Shown: positions 10,182 to 20,865 of the stretch, one piece after another
How positions within the stretch are numbered: position 1 is the stretch's first letter
Layout: every line of letters begins with the position of its first letter
Program-made: the position numbers and the translations under genes
Source: Candidatus Poribacteria bacterium
GTDB lineage: Bacteria; Poribacteria; WGA-4E; PCPOR2b
Direction of reading: 5' to 3'
Length of the DNA: 64,000 nt
Assembly: GCA_965215015.1 (NCBI GenBank)
Contig: OZ244042.1
Span: forward strand, 5,824,001-5,888,000
The notes under the pieces: model-generated
Databases searched by the model: none
Told to the model about the DNA's origin: nothing
Seen by the model: only the letters and a program-made list of their open reading frames with translations

Positions 10182-10685
10182 TTAGTCGAGTAATTCCTCA
10201 ACCGTTTTGCCGCGCAAACGAGCCACATCGTTAATGTCTTTTAGACTTTTCAGGGCTTGCATGGTAGCTTCTGCCGTATTTTTTACGTTTCGAGAACCGA
10301 GCCGTTTGGTCAATACATCTTGCACACCGGCAAACTCCAAAATGACCCTCGTTCCAGGGCCAGCAATAATCCCTGTGCCGGGACCGGCTGGCTTGAGTAG
10401 AATCTTTGCACCCCCATATTTCCCGATAATTTCATGAGGGATGGTATTTCCTGATAAAGGCACGCGAATCAAGTTTTTTTTCGCATCAGCAATGCTTTTA
10501 CCTATGGCTGATGGAATTTCGTTGGCACTCCCAAAACCAAGTCCGACCACCCCCGACTGGTCCCCCACGACGGAAAGCGCATTAAAGCTGGGTGTTCGTC
10601 CGCCTTTACGAACGCGCATGACACGATTGATGTCAATTGGGCGTTCCTCAAATTCAAATTCATTCGGGTCTATTCTTTCCCTCAA
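10182..10685 (-). CDS. rpsE: 30S ribosomal protein S5
   Basis: NRV....KGGR...F.A..VVGD, KPA.PGTG.IAG. Confidence 0.97.
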   Translation of the reverse strand: MRERIDPNEFEFEERPIDINRVMRVRKGGRTPSFNALSVVGDQSGVVGLGFGSANEIPSAIGKSIADAKKNLIRVPLSGNTIPHEIIGKYGGAKILLKPAGPGTGIIAGPGTRVILEFAGVQDVLTKRLGSRNVKNTAEATMQALKSLKDINDVARLRGKTVEELLD

Positions 10686-10757
10686 AAGCGACTCTCCTTC
10701 ATTATCAAGTGTCGATTCATTTTGCGAACACGCTTACGGCGCACTCTCTTACGATTT

Positions 10758-11126
10758 TCAGAACCGGAGTCCCTCTTCTCTTGCAGCTTCTGCCAGGGCT
10801 TTAATTCTTCCATGATAGAGGTTTCCGCCGCGGTCAAAGACGACTGATTCAATTTGATGCTCTTTTGCTCGGCGAGCGATTAATGTGCCCACCTGTTTCG
10901 CTGCACCGATGTTGCCTTGTGTTGACAGGTTGTCTTTCAACTCTGGGGATAGGGTTGAGGCTGCAGTGAGTGTATTGCTGGCTTCATCATCAATAATTTG
11001 TGCGTAAATGTGCTTCAAACTTCTAAAAACCGAAAGCCTTGGTCTTTGCCTAGTACCGATTATTTTTTGTCGCACTCGCTGCTTTCGCTTATGTCTCGCA
11101 ATATATTTTTTCTTAGACCGATCCAA
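10758..11126 (-). CDS. rplR: 50S ribosomal protein L18
   Basis: [25 protein letters not shown]. Confidence 0.97.
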   Translation of the reverse strand: MDRSKKKYIARHKRKQRVRQKIIGTRQRPRLSVFRSLKHIYAQIIDDEASNTLTAASTLSPELKDNLSTQGNIGAAKQVGTLIARRAKEHQIESVVFDRGGNLYHGRIKALAEAAREEGLRF

Positions 11127-11239
11127 CGATTATCCCTCCGATAATAAGAAAAAGGATTGACAAATCCGGCTACGATAATTTTGGCTGACCGACTTGTAAA
11201 TCCTTTACTCTACAAAAATATACCCATTAAATCACTGCC

Positions 11240-11806
11240 CTACACCCCAGTTTTACCTTCCTTCATGCGGACGCGCTCCCCTTCGTAACGGAGGCCCTTG
11301 GAAGGTTCATAGACTTCGGGTTTCTTAATCTGACGAATTGAAGCAGCCACTTGGCCGACAAGTGCCTTATCAATACCATTCACCGTTATTGGTATATGAG
11401 GTTGGCCTCCCACAGTTTCGGGAGCACCAACACTCAAGGTGATACCGTCAGGTGGATCGTAGGTTACAGGATGAGAATATCCGACATTTAAGACCAAACG
11501 TTTTTGGCGGTCTATTTCCGCACGATATCCGATGCCAACGAGGAGGAGTTTTTTTTCAAAACCTTCAATCACACCCGTTACCATATTGGCGATAAGGCTT
11601 CGGGTCAGTCCGTGCAAAGATCTGTGCGCCTTCTGATTCGTCAATCTTTTAATTATGATTAATCCGTCCGCTAAGTTGACCGCTATGCCTTCAGGAATTG
11701 TCCAATTAAGACTGCCCTTGGGACCTTCAACAGTAATGTCTTTTTGGTCCAAGGCAACCTTAACTTTTGAATCCATCTGAATCGGCATTTGTCCTATTCG
11801 TGACAT
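11240..11806 (-). CDS. rplF: 50S ribosomal protein L6
   Basis: MSRIG..PI, GPKG, HGL.RSL..NMV.GV, GYSHP. Confidence 0.97.
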   Translation of the reverse strand: MSRIGQMPIQMDSKVKVALDQKDITVEGPKGSLNWTIPEGIAVNLADGLIIIKRLTNQKAHRSLHGLTRSLIANMVTGVIEGFEKKLLLVGIGYRAEIDRQKRLVLNVGYSHPVTYDPPDGITLSVGAPETVGGQPHIPITVNGIDKALVGQVAASIRQIKKPEVYEPSKGLRYEGERVRMKEGKTGV

Positions 11807-11835
11807 TGTGTTCGTCTCCGAATTCAAACTGAGAA

Positions 11836-12234
11836 TTACCAGATATGACAGAGGACCTCACCACCAATGCCGGATTTCCTGCATTCGGAGGCTGTCTTAA
11901 CACCTTGGGAGGTCGACAATATAGCAATTCCTAAATTTCCGTACACATTGGGCAGCCGGTCCGCTTTCACGTATACACGCCGCCCCGGTTTGCTAATTCT
12001 CTTGAGTCCTGTAATAACTTTTTCTTTCGATTCGCCATACTTGAGATAGATGCGCAAGATACCTTGTTTACCATCATCAATCCAACGATAGTTGCGGATG
12101 TACCCTTCCTCATGTAAGGTGCGAGTAATCTCCATTTTGAGATTTGATGCGGGTATTTCAACGCGCTCATGTCCAACCATATTCGCGTTGCGAACGCGGG
12201 TCAACATATCCGCAACCGGATCTGTCATTGACAT
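11836..12234 (-). CDS. rpsH: 30S ribosomal protein S8
   Basis: [28 protein letters not shown]. Confidence 0.98.
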   Translation of the reverse strand: MSMTDPVADMLTRVRNANMVGHERVEIPASNLKMEITRTLHEEGYIRNYRWIDDGKQGILRIYLKYGESKEKVITGLKRISKPGRRVYVKADRLPNVYGNLGIAILSTSQGVKTASECRKSGIGGEVLCHIW

Positions 12235-12270
12235 AAGTTTTCTCCTTTACCAGTCCCGATAAATGGGGTA

Positions 12271-12456
12271 CTACCAACTTGCCTTTGTGACTCCCGGAAT
12301 TTTACCGGATCTTGCGAAGAGGCGAAAACAGATTCGGCAAAGATCAAACTTTCGCAGATAACTGCGGGAGCGCCCACAGTGACGACAACGATTGTATTTT
12401 CGAACCCGGAACTTTGGGGTTCTTTTCTGTTTGGCAATGAGAGCTTTTGTTGCCAA
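12271..12456 (-). CDS. rpsN: 30S ribosomal protein S14 type Z (TTG start, 61 aa)
   Basis: RCRHCGR...LCRICFR...IPGVTKASW. Confidence 0.96.
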   Translation of the reverse strand: MATKALIAKQKRTPKFRVRKYNRCRHCGRSRSYLRKFDLCRICFRLFARSGKIPGVTKASW

Positions 12457-12503
12457 ATAAAGGCTCCTTTCATTCACTGCTATCAAGGGGCAGTGTGCGC
12501 GTG

Positions 12504-13046
12504 TTACAATTCTCGAAACGGCATTCCCATCAGGTGTAATAACTCGCGTCCTTCTTCATCGGTTGGGGCTGTTGTTCCAATAGTGATATTCAATCCGCGC
12601 ACCTCACTTATGGTGTCGTATTCAATCTCTGGAAAAATGACTTGTTCTTGAATGCCCAAGGAGTAGTTGCCACGCCCGTCAAAGGAATCCGGCGAGAGAC
12701 CACGAAAATCGCGAATTTGTGGAAGAACAACGTTGACAAGTTTATTAAAAAATTCATACATCCCATCCCGCCGCAGGGTCGTTTTACAACCGATAGCCAT
12801 ACCTGTGCGGACCTTAAATGCTGACACAGATTTCTTGGCGCGGGTAATAACTGCGCGCTGACCACCTATTTGTGTCAGTTCTTCGACAGCATTATCCAAG
12901 AGTTTTGAATCTTGTATAGCAGCACCAACCCCCATATTTAGAGTTATCTTGTCAAGTTTTGGCACTTGCATAACGTTTGGATATTTGAAACGCTGTTGCA
13001 ACGCAGGGAAGACCTCTTCTTGATAAAAAGATTTAAATATACTCAT
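12504..13046 (-). CDS. rplE: 50S ribosomal protein L5
   Basis: VPKL.KI.LNMGVG, RDFRG....FDGRGNY. Confidence 0.98.
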   Translation of the reverse strand: MSIFKSFYQEEVFPALQQRFKYPNVMQVPKLDKITLNMGVGAAIQDSKLLDNAVEELTQIGGQRAVITRAKKSVSAFKVRTGMAIGCKTTLRRDGMYEFFNKLVNVVLPQIRDFRGLSPDSFDGRGNYSLGIQEQVIFPEIEYDTISEVRGLNITIGTTAPTDEEGRELLHLMGMPFREL

Positions 13047-13099
13047 TAATCTTTACCTTATAGATTGCGAAACTCCATCGAGAAAGTCATTATGCCCAC

Positions 13100-13450
13100 C
13101 TAGTCACGTTCGACAACCTCGCCACATTTCTTGCAGACGCGCACGCGGTATGTTTTTGTCCGTCCTGCAATTTCCTTCTCAAAAGTGCGCCGCGTTGTTC
13201 GAGTGGGTGTGTTACATTTTGGACAAATCAGCTTTAAGTTGGCGATGTCAATTGTTCCTTCTTTTTCGATAATACCACCCTGTGGTGCTTGAGGGCTCGG
13301 ACGGGTGTGCCTTTTAATTAGGTGAATGCCTTCAACGGTAGCACGACGTTTATGCGGAAGCATTTCTAGAATAACACCTGTTTTGTTCTTATCCTTGCCA
13401 CTCAATACTAACACATGGTCGTTTTTCTTTACATGGAATTTGGTCTGCAA
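13100..13450 (-). CDS. rplX: 50S ribosomal protein L24
   Basis: KOW motif V.VLSGKDK, GGIIEKE, CxxC...CxxC. Confidence 0.96.
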   Translation of the reverse strand: MQTKFHVKKNDHVLVLSGKDKNKTGVILEMLPHKRRATVEGIHLIKRHTRPSPQAPQGGIIEKEGTIDIANLKLICPKCNTPTRTTRRTFEKEIAGRTKTYRVRVCKKCGEVVERD

Positions 13451-13471
13451 CGATGCTACCTCCTAGGAGAA

Positions 13472-13840
13472 TTAAATAACCTCTGGTGCTAAAGAGACGA
13501 TTCGTGCAAATGCTTTCTCTCTGAGTTCACGAGCAACGGGACCAAAAATGCGTGTTCCACGCGGCTGGTCTTGAGCATCAATGAGAACAGCTGCATTCTT
13601 GTCAAATTTGATGTAAGAACCGTCGAGTCTGCGATGTTCCTTGGTTGCACGGACCACCACAGCTCGTACGACATCCCCTTTTCTAACTTGGCTATTTGGA
13701 TTTGCTTCTTTCACACTTGCTACAATTACATCGCCGACTCGCGCGTAACGCCTTTTACTACCGCCGAGCACACGAATACACATGAGCTGCTTTGCTCCTG
13801 TATTATCCGCACAATTCAACAAAGTGTATGCTTGAACCAT
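13472..13840 (-). CDS. rplN: 50S ribosomal protein L14
   Basis: [26 protein letters not shown]. Confidence 0.98.
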   Translation of the reverse strand: MVQAYTLLNCADNTGAKQLMCIRVLGGSKRRYARVGDVIVASVKEANPNSQVRKGDVVRAVVVRATKEHRRLDGSYIKFDKNAAVLIDAQDQPRGTRIFGPVARELREKAFARIVSLAPEVI

Positions 13841-13884
13841 TGCTATTACCTTCCTTGGTTTACCCCCGTCCTCCACTTCACGCA

Positions 13885-14148
13885 TTAACTAGTTCTGTCA
13901 ACAACCTGACGAACTTTCCAACGTTTACGACGACTAAGTGGGCGAACTTCGACGATTTGGACAAGGTCGCCAACATGGCACATATTCTGCTCGTCGTGAG
14001 CTAGAATCTTTGTGGTACTTCTCACAATTTTCTTATAAAGGGGATGCTGATAAGCACGAACAATTTCAACAGCAACCGTCTTATCCATCTGATCACTTGT
14101 AACAGTACCCGTCCTGAGCTTACGATTCCCTCGCCTCTGCTTATCCAC
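13885..14148 (-). CDS. rpsQ: 30S ribosomal protein S17 (GTG start)
   Basis: G.V.SD.MDKT, HP.Y.K, AHDE, RPLS..KRW. Confidence 0.96.
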   Translation of the reverse strand: MDKQRRGNRKLRTGTVTSDQMDKTVAVEIVRAYQHPLYKKIVRSTTKILAHDEQNMCHVGDLVQIVEVRPLSRRKRWKVRQVVDRTS

Positions 14149-14170
14149 GCTTTTCCTCTCGTAACTAAAG

Positions 14171-14377
14171 TTATGGTGATTCTTCGATCCCCAGTTCACG
14201 TAGACGAAGGATTGTATGAATACGTGCAATATCCTTCTTGACTTTTTTTAACTGAGATGTATCTTCAAGTTGTCCTAGTATGCTTCGGAACTTAACGTTA
14301 AACGCAGTATCCTTAAAATCTCGAAGGTCGTTTTCTAGTTCCTCAGATGATTTGCTGCGCAACTCATTAGCAGTCAT
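14171..14377 (-). CDS. rpmC: 50S ribosomal protein L29
   Basis: ELR.KS.EEL, KKDIARI.T; position between rplP and rpsQ. Confidence 0.95.
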   Translation of the reverse strand: MTANELRSKSSEELENDLRDFKDTAFNVKFRSILGQLEDTSQLKKVKKDIARIHTILRLRELGIEESP

Positions 14378-14384
14378 TGCTTGA

Positions 14385-14798
14385 TTATTCTCCCATTCGA
14401 CTGATAAACTTGGTTTCAATCGGCAATTTGTGGGCTGCTCTGCTCATCGCTTCCTTTGCCTCTTCTTCTGGAACCCCACTCAACTCATATAAAATGCGTC
14501 CCGGTTTAACAACAGCAACCCAAAACTCTGGGGCTCCTTTCCCACTTCCCATTCTGGTTTCAGCGGGTTTCTTTGTTACCGGCTTATGTGGAAAGATTTT
14601 AATCCAAACCTTGCCGCCCCGGCGGACATGACGTGTGATTGCGACTCGTGCTGATTCAATTTGGCGGCTCGTCAGCCAGCCCGGCTCCATTGCTTTCAAA
14701 CCATATTCGCCAAAATCTATTCGTGAACCTCGATAAGGTTTGCCACGACGCTTACCGCGCTGTACTTTACGGTGTAGGACCCGTTTGGGCATCAACAT
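14385..14798 (-). CDS. rplP: 50S ribosomal protein L16
   Basis: MLMPKR, RQIESAR, RMGSGKG. Confidence 0.98.
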   Translation of the reverse strand: MLMPKRVLHRKVQRGKRRGKPYRGSRIDFGEYGLKAMEPGWLTSRQIESARVAITRHVRRGGKVWIKIFPHKPVTKKPAETRMGSGKGAPEFWVAVVKPGRILYELSGVPEEEAKEAMSRAAHKLPIETKFISRMGE

Positions 14799-14939
14799 TT
14801 TATCTGCTCCTTATTATCAAAACCTTTCTACGCACCGATTCGAGGAACCGAGCCTAAATCTCCAATCAACCGCAGAGATTTTTTATATTTTTTGTCTGTA
14901 ACCTCTGCGTTTCTGTGGTGAGTTTTCAAAAGGAAACAC

Positions 14940-15809
14940 TTACGATTCTGTACGCTCACGGTTGCTTCTGCGCGATCCGCGTCGCCTGTCCTGACCTCTT
15001 CTTCGTCTGGGTCTGCTGTCAGGGCGCGATGCTGAGCGTTCTCCCGACTGACCATCTAGGCGTCCGGAGCCTGAAAGCCGGGACGGACGTCTTCGAGAGG
15101 ATTCAGTTGGCACCTGCATAGCACGGCTGGAAGGGGGAGCCGTCCCTGGAAGCTCCGGTCTGCCAATAATCTCTCCCTTAAAAATCCACGTTTTAATGCC
15201 AATCTTACCGTAGGTTGTATCAGCTTCAGCAAAGCCATAATCGATATTTGCTCTGAGCGTATGCAGCGGCACTCTACCTTCGATATTTGATTCTGATCGA
15301 GCCATGTCGGCACCTCCAAGCCGACCACCGATGCTGATTTTAACTCCCTGGGCACCGGCTTTCATTGAAGCGATAATACTTTTCTTCATCGCCTGCCTAA
15401 AATTGGATCGACGTACGATTTGCAGTGCAACCGCTTCGGCGACAAGTTGAGCATCTAATTCAGGACGCTTGATTTCATCGACACTAATCCGAACCGTCCT
15501 TTCAGTGCTCGAGCTTGAATCTGTCTGTAGGATACGCTCTAAATCCGCTTGTAACTTTTCCGCTTCAACGCCACGCCGGCCGATGACGATACCGGGACGC
15601 GCTGTGTGTATATGAATATTACACCTATCCCCAACCCTTTCGATTTCGATACGGGAAATGCCGGCACGCGACAATCTTTCCTTAATGAAGGACTGGATTT
15701 TCAAATCCTCATGAAGCCATTGGGCGTACTCTTTTTCGTTATACCATTTTGAGTCCCAATTCTCAATAATTCCTAGGCGTAGTCCACGCGGATGCGTTTT
15801 TTGTCCCAC
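14940..15809 (-). CDS. rpsC: 30S ribosomal protein S3 with long Arg/Ser-rich C-terminal tail (GTG start)
   Basis: [28 protein letters not shown]. Confidence 0.97.
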   Translation of the reverse strand: MGQKTHPRGLRLGIIENWDSKWYNEKEYAQWLHEDLKIQSFIKERLSRAGISRIEIERVGDRCNIHIHTARPGIVIGRRGVEAEKLQADLERILQTDSSSSTERTVRISVDEIKRPELDAQLVAEAVALQIVRRSNFRQAMKKSIIASMKAGAQGVKISIGGRLGGADMARSESNIEGRVPLHTLRANIDYGFAEADTTYGKIGIKTWIFKGEIIGRPELPGTAPPSSRAMQVPTESSRRRPSRLSGSGRLDGQSGERSASRPDSRPRRRRGQDRRRGSRRSNRERTES

Positions 15810-15904
15810 TAAAACCTCCTCCTCAAAATTCAGTTGGGCAAAGGTTGCCGAGCGAGGGAGGTAAAGGAGCATATATCAGTTTGTTCAGAAGACTGGTCGG
15901 ATTT

Positions 15905-16270
15905 TCAATCTCCATTTTCACTTTCCTCCTCATCTAGCACGACTGTAATATGACACCTACGATGTAAGATCCGGTTTGCCATACCTCGTGCCCGTGGGCG
16001 AAACCATCTTCGGGTAATGCCATCGTTGACGACAATCTGTTTGACAACTAAATTGCTTTCATCAAGGGTGGCACCCTGCTGTTGTGCATTATATCGTGCA
16101 TTCGCTGTAGCCGATTGAATCAATTTGCGAATTACCGGAGAGGCATTTTTGTGTGTAAATGTTAATTGGTTTATTGCCTCCTCGACATATTGATCTTTAA
16201 CTAAATCGGCAACCAGACGCGCTTTGCGCGGGGCAATTGGCACGTTTCGGATACTTGCTCGAGCCTCCAT
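15905..16270 (-). CDS. rplV: 50S ribosomal protein L22
   Basis: PRKARLVAD, RPRARG, HITVV. Confidence 0.97.
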   Translation of the reverse strand: MEARASIRNVPIAPRKARLVADLVKDQYVEEAINQLTFTHKNASPVIRKLIQSATANARYNAQQQGATLDESNLVVKQIVVNDGITRRWFRPRARGMANRILHRRCHITVVLDEEESENGD

Positions 16271-16364
16271 ATTAATAATCTCCTAAATTAGCTTGAGCAT
16301 TTATAATAACTTCCGCTCATGATCTCGATTTTTCAAAAAGGGTTGTACAAGAATCGAGTATATT

Positions 16365-16631
16365 TTACCTTCCACTACTCGCATGCGATCTGAATGTTCG
16401 AGTGGGAGAAAATTCACCGAGTTTATGTCCCACCATGTTTTCTGTAATATAAACAGGGAAAAATTTCTTGCCATTATGAATGGCGAGCGTGTGACCAATC
16501 AGGTCGGGTGTCACCATAGATCTGCGTGACCATGTGCGAATCACACGTTTTGTCCCAGACCGATTCATCACTTCGATTTTTTTGAGAAGTTTTGGATCTA
16601 TGTAAGGCCCTTTTTTCACAGAACGGGGCAT
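16365..16631 (-). CDS. rpsS: 30S ribosomal protein S19
   Basis: [24 protein letters not shown]. Confidence 0.98.
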   Translation of the reverse strand: MPRSVKKGPYIDPKLLKKIEVMNRSGTKRVIRTWSRRSMVTPDLIGHTLAIHNGKKFFPVYITENMVGHKLGEFSPTRTFRSHASSGR

Positions 16632-16689
16632 GACGCACCTCCTGAAAATGGTAAAAAAACACGAATAACTCTCTGTTAGTCGAGACAGC

Positions 16690-17514
16690 TTATTTCCGAC
16701 GACTGACAATGTATCTGCCAGATCGCTTTTTAGGATTTCTTGTTTTATATCCTTTAGTTGGAACTCCCCAAGGCGTTACGGGGTGTCTGCCGCCGGCACT
16801 TTTCCCTTCGCCCCCCCCATGCGGATGATCATGTGGATTCATTGCCACACCACGAACTTTGGGACGATGCCCTTTCCATCGGTTCCGTCCCGCCTTCCCA
16901 ATTGATAAGTTTGCATGGTCAACATTCCCTACTTGCCCAATTGTTGCCATACATTTCACTGGGAGTAAACGAACTTCGCCAGAAGGCATTTGGATCCGGG
17001 CATACTTTCCTTCGCGATCTACTAGCTGCGCTGCAACCCCGGCACTTCGTACCAGCTGTCCCCCTTTACCCGGCTGCATCTCTATGTTATGTATCGAGGT
17101 GCCGAGGGGAATCTGTTCAAGGGGCAAGGCATTGCCAACTTTGATAGGTGCATCTGGACCAGCATTGAGTACATCATCAACCTGTAATCCTAGAGGTGCG
17201 ATGATATAGCGTTTCTCTCCATCGGCATAATGGAGGAGGGCAATACGGGCGGATCTACTGGGGTCATACTCGATTGACGCGACCTTGGCAGGGATGCCAA
17301 ATTTATCACGCTTAAATTCAATCGCTCGATATCGACGTTTATGCCCGCCGCCACGCCTGCGGACGGTCATACGTCCCAGCGTGTTACGCCCGCCCTTTTT
17401 CTTTAATCCCTTCGTTAACGATTTTTCGGATTGGCGCCGAGTCACTTCTTCAAAGGCATCCCCTGTTATAAATCGGCGACTGGGTGTGACGGGTGAATAT
17501 GTTTTAACTGCCAC
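16690..17514 (-). CDS. rplB: 50S ribosomal protein L2
   Basis: [25 protein letters not shown]. Confidence 0.98.
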   Translation of the reverse strand: MAVKTYSPVTPSRRFITGDAFEEVTRRQSEKSLTKGLKKKGGRNTLGRMTVRRRGGGHKRRYRAIEFKRDKFGIPAKVASIEYDPSRSARIALLHYADGEKRYIIAPLGLQVDDVLNAGPDAPIKVGNALPLEQIPLGTSIHNIEMQPGKGGQLVRSAGVAAQLVDREGKYARIQMPSGEVRLLPVKCMATIGQVGNVDHANLSIGKAGRNRWKGHRPKVRGVAMNPHDHPHGGGEGKSAGGRHPVTPWGVPTKGYKTRNPKKRSGRYIVSRRK

Positions 17515-17551
17515 GCTAAATCCCTCCTAGTAAACCTTCAAACACGCACCA

Positions 17552-17851
17552 CTAGATGCTTTCAAAAGCGTCAATGGTAGTTCCTTCAGTAACAGTAATG
17601 ATTACCTTTTTCCAATTTGGTCGCCGCCCCAGTCGATACCGCCAAAATTGTCCCTTGGTCTTTCCGCGAACCTGCATGGTGTTAATCTTCAAAATCTTAT
17701 CTTTGAGATCGAAGAGTTCTTCAGCTGCTTTACGGATTTCTGCTTTACTGGCTTTTATATCAACCACAAAGGCGTATTTGTTCGATTCCCTGAGAATTGT
17801 GGTCTTTTCTGTTATTAACGGCTGCTTGATAATCCGATATGGATCTTTCAT
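17552..17851 (-). CDS. rplW: 50S ribosomal protein L23
   Basis: P.ITEK, K.EI, WKK; position in the S10 operon. Confidence 0.95.
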   Translation of the reverse strand: MKDPYRIIKQPLITEKTTILRESNKYAFVVDIKASKAEIRKAAEELFDLKDKILKINTMQVRGKTKGQFWRYRLGRRPNWKKVIITVTEGTTIDAFESI

Positions 17852-17861
17852 CTATCCTTCC

Positions 17862-18485
17862 TCAACTGAATTTTTCTTCTAGCTTTTCCGCTGCGCTTTC
17901 GGTGAAGACAATCTTATCATGCCAAAGCACATCGTAAACATTCAGGGTATCCCAAACACAACTATTGACGTTCGAGATATTCCGCACAGATAGGTAGATG
18001 TTTGATTCTGGCTGACCGAGGACAAAAAGAACTTTATCCGCCAACCCTAAATTCCTCAAAACTTGAACCATGTCCTTCGTTTTGGGGGCATCTAGCGTAA
18101 AGTCTTCAATCAGGATGCAATCGTCATTTTGAAATTTATCTGCTAAAGCCGAATGTAACCCCAGCTGACGCACTTTCTTCGGGGTGCGTTGACGATAGCT
18201 GCGCGGCTTCGGCCCGAATGCAACGCCGCCATGCACCCGTATTGGGGATTGACCATCCCCCGCTCGGGCACGCCCGGTCCCTTTCTGGCGATATAGCTTT
18301 TTGCCACTTCCTCGGACTTCGGACCGTGTTTTGGTGGAAGCAGTGCCTCGACGTTGGTTCGCAAGGTGTGCAACGACACATTGATGTATCACTGCCTCAT
18401 TAACAGCTGCATTTATGAACGCGTCAGATAATTCTCTTTGTCTTTGGGTATCCCCAGAACGATTATATACATCTAAAGCTGCCAT
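17862..18485 (-). CDS. rplD: 50S ribosomal protein L4
   Basis: [29 protein letters not shown]. Confidence 0.97.
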   Translation of the reverse strand: MAALDVYNRSGDTQRQRELSDAFINAAVNEAVIHQCVVAHLANQRRGTASTKTRSEVRGSGKKLYRQKGTGRARAGDGQSPIRVHGGVAFGPKPRSYRQRTPKKVRQLGLHSALADKFQNDDCILIEDFTLDAPKTKDMVQVLRNLGLADKVLFVLGQPESNIYLSVRNISNVNSCVWDTLNVYDVLWHDKIVFTESAAEKLEEKFS

Positions 18486-18510
18486 AAGCAATAATCCTCA
18501 AAAGGTATAT

Positions 18511-19149
18511 TTACTGTTTACCCTTTACTGCTTTCTTGATAATAAGTAGTCCATTAGGGGGACCAGGAACAGCACCTTTAACGAGTAACAGGTTCCTGGC
18601 GGCATCGGCTTGGATAACTTGCAGATTCTGGGTGGTCACCTGTTTACCGCCATGTCGTCCGGGCATCTTTTTGCCCTTGAAAACACGTGCGGGCCAAGCA
18701 CTGTGACCGATAGATCCTGCTCGTCGATGGTTTTTCTCACTACCGTGGGTCTGCCTCATACCCGCAAACCCCCATCGTTTAACCACACCCGTGAATCCAC
18801 GCCCTTTCGAGGTACCCGTTACATCAACGAAATCCCCGGGCGAGAAAATAGTTACCTCAACGTTTGAACCTACGTCCAAACCTTCTGTGCTGTCAACACG
18901 CATTTCTCGCAAAAACCGATGTGGTTCGACATTTGCTTTTTGGAAATGTCCCTTCTCGGGGCGATTGACCTTATTTGCACGCCGAAAGCCAAAGCCTAAT
19001 TGGATAGCGTTATAACCCTCACGGTCTTGAGTTTTGACCTGTACTATCGGGCAGGGGCCCGCTTCGACCACCGTGACCGGAATCGCAGCCCCGGATTCGT
19101 CAAAGATTTGTGTCATGCCAATCTTCTTTCCTAATATTCCATTACTCAT
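18511..19149 (-). CDS. rplC: 50S ribosomal protein L3
   Basis: [25 protein letters not shown]. Confidence 0.98.
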   Translation of the reverse strand: MSNGILGKKIGMTQIFDESGAAIPVTVVEAGPCPIVQVKTQDREGYNAIQLGFGFRRANKVNRPEKGHFQKANVEPHRFLREMRVDSTEGLDVGSNVEVTIFSPGDFVDVTGTSKGRGFTGVVKRWGFAGMRQTHGSEKNHRRAGSIGHSAWPARVFKGKKMPGRHGGKQVTTQNLQVIQADAARNLLLVKGAVPGPPNGLLIIKKAVKGKQ

Positions 19150-19193
19150 GTCACATCTCCGCAATGAGGGTATTCTGATTAAACGATGTGTAT

Positions 19194-19505
19194 CTACAGA
19201 AGCGTAATCTTGACATCAACGCCAGCTGGTAGATCTAAGCGCATTAGCGCATTAACTGTCTTGGGGGTCGTTTGTAAAATGTCCAATAACCGTTTGTGGA
19301 TTCGCATGGCGAACTGTTCACGGGATTTTTTGTCTTTGAAGGTCGATCGCTGTACAGTGTAAATATGCTGCTTAATCGGAAGCGGAATCGGACCTGAGAC
19401 TAATGCGCCTGTTCGCTTAGCGGTTTCTGCAATTTGGCCTGCAGAATGATCTAACAAACGATAATCAAATGATTTCAAACGAATCCTTATTTTCTGATTA
19501 TCCAT
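19194..19505 (-). CDS. rpsJ: 30S ribosomal protein S10
   Basis: KIRIRLK.FD, GPIPLP, SREQF, HKRL. Confidence 0.97.
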   Translation of the reverse strand: MDNQKIRIRLKSFDYRLLDHSAGQIAETAKRTGALVSGPIPLPIKQHIYTVQRSTFKDKKSREQFAMRIHKRLLDILQTTPKTVNALMRLDLPAGVDVKITLL

Positions 19506-19525
19506 CAGTACTCCAGCTAAATTTG

Positions 19526-19571
19526 GTTCATTCACTCATTGGTGCATTAATGCACCAATGAGTGAATGAAC
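19526..19571. repeat. 46-bp perfect spacerless palindrome centred on TTAA between tuf and rpsJ
   Basis: GTTCATTCACTCATTGGTGCATT|AATGCACCAATGAGTGAATGAAC. Confidence 0.9.
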
Positions 19572-19575
19572 GAAA

Positions 19576-20775
19576 CTACTCAATAACTTCTGAAACAACG
19601 CCAGCTCCAACGGTGTGCCCGCCTTCACGAATCGCAAACCTCAGCTCCTCTTCCAGAGCGATAGGCTTGGTGAGTTCAACAGTAATTTGGACATTATCTC
19701 CGGGCATTACCATTTCAACACCTTCAGGAAGATGCATTATGCCAGTCACATCCGTTGTACGGAAGTAGAACTGCGGACGATAGTTACTGAAAAATGGCGT
19801 CCAACGCCCACCTTCGTCTTTGTTCAGAATATAGATTTCAGCCGCAAATCTTGTGTGTGGGGTAATACTGCCCGGAGCGGCGAGAACTTGCCCACGCTCA
19901 ACATCATCACGCTCAATACCGCGAAGCAGAACTCCGACATTATCACCCGCACGCCCTTCGTCAAGCAGCTTACGGAACATCTCTACACCGGTTGCAACCG
20001 TGCTGGAGGTGGGGGCCAGTCCAACAATCTCGACGGTGTCGCCGACGTGAACAATGCCGCGTTCGATACGGCCAGTCACAACTGTACCCCGCCCAGTGAT
20101 TGAGAAGATATCTTCCACAGGCATTAGGTAGGGGCGATCAATGTCTCGGACCGGCTCCGGAATCCAATTGTCACATGCCTCCATGAGCTCTAAAATTGAC
20201 TCACACTCCTCAGCATTCGGATTGCCGCCACTTTCCATCGCTTGGAGGGCAGACCCACTAATAACTGGAATGTCATCACCGGGGAACTCGTATTCAGTGA
20301 GTAGCTCTCGAACTTCGAGTTCTACCAATTCTAGGAGCTCCTCATCGTCAACCATGTCTGCCTTATTCAGGTAGACAACGAGGCTTGGCACGTTCACCTG
20401 CCGTGCCAAGAGAACGTGTTCACGAGTTTGGGGCATGGGACCGTCAGCGGCAGAGACAACAAGAATTGCGCCATCCATCTGCGCTGCACCGGTAATCATA
20501 TTTTTGATGTAGTCAGCGTGTCCGGGACAGTCTACGTGAGCGTAGTGTCGATTCTCCGTCTCATACTCAACGTGCGCGGTGTTTATGGTAATCCCACGCT
20601 CTTTTTCCTCAGGAGCTGCATCAATCTCTTCATAAGTTTTTACGTACTCGCTCCCAGAGAGATTTGACAACACCATGGTAATTGCAGCCGTTAATGTGGT
20701 TTTACCATGATCTACGTGTCCAATTGTGCCAACATTGATGTGCGGCTTAGTCCTTTCAAATTTTTCCTTTGCCAT
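19576..20775 (-). CDS. tuf: Elongation factor Tu
   Basis: [35 protein letters not shown]. Confidence 0.99.
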   Translation of the reverse strand: MAKEKFERTKPHINVGTIGHVDHGKTTLTAAITMVLSNLSGSEYVKTYEEIDAAPEEKERGITINTAHVEYETENRHYAHVDCPGHADYIKNMITGAAQMDGAILVVSAADGPMPQTREHVLLARQVNVPSLVVYLNKADMVDDEELLELVELEVRELLTEYEFPGDDIPVISGSALQAMESGGNPNAEECESILELMEACDNWIPEPVRDIDRPYLMPVEDIFSITGRGTVVTGRIERGIVHVGDTVEIVGLAPTSSTVATGVEMFRKLLDEGRAGDNVGVLLRGIERDDVERGQVLAAPGSITPHTRFAAEIYILNKDEGGRWTPFFSNYRPQFYFRTTDVTGIMHLPEGVEMVMPGDNVQITVELTKPIALEEELRFAIREGGHTVGAGVVSEVIE

Positions 20776-20865
20776 GTGTAAATCTCCTCACATTCTATTA
20801 AACTTAAGTAACCCCAAACCTCACTGATGAACGTTACCAACAAGCCATATCAACAGCGGGAACGG

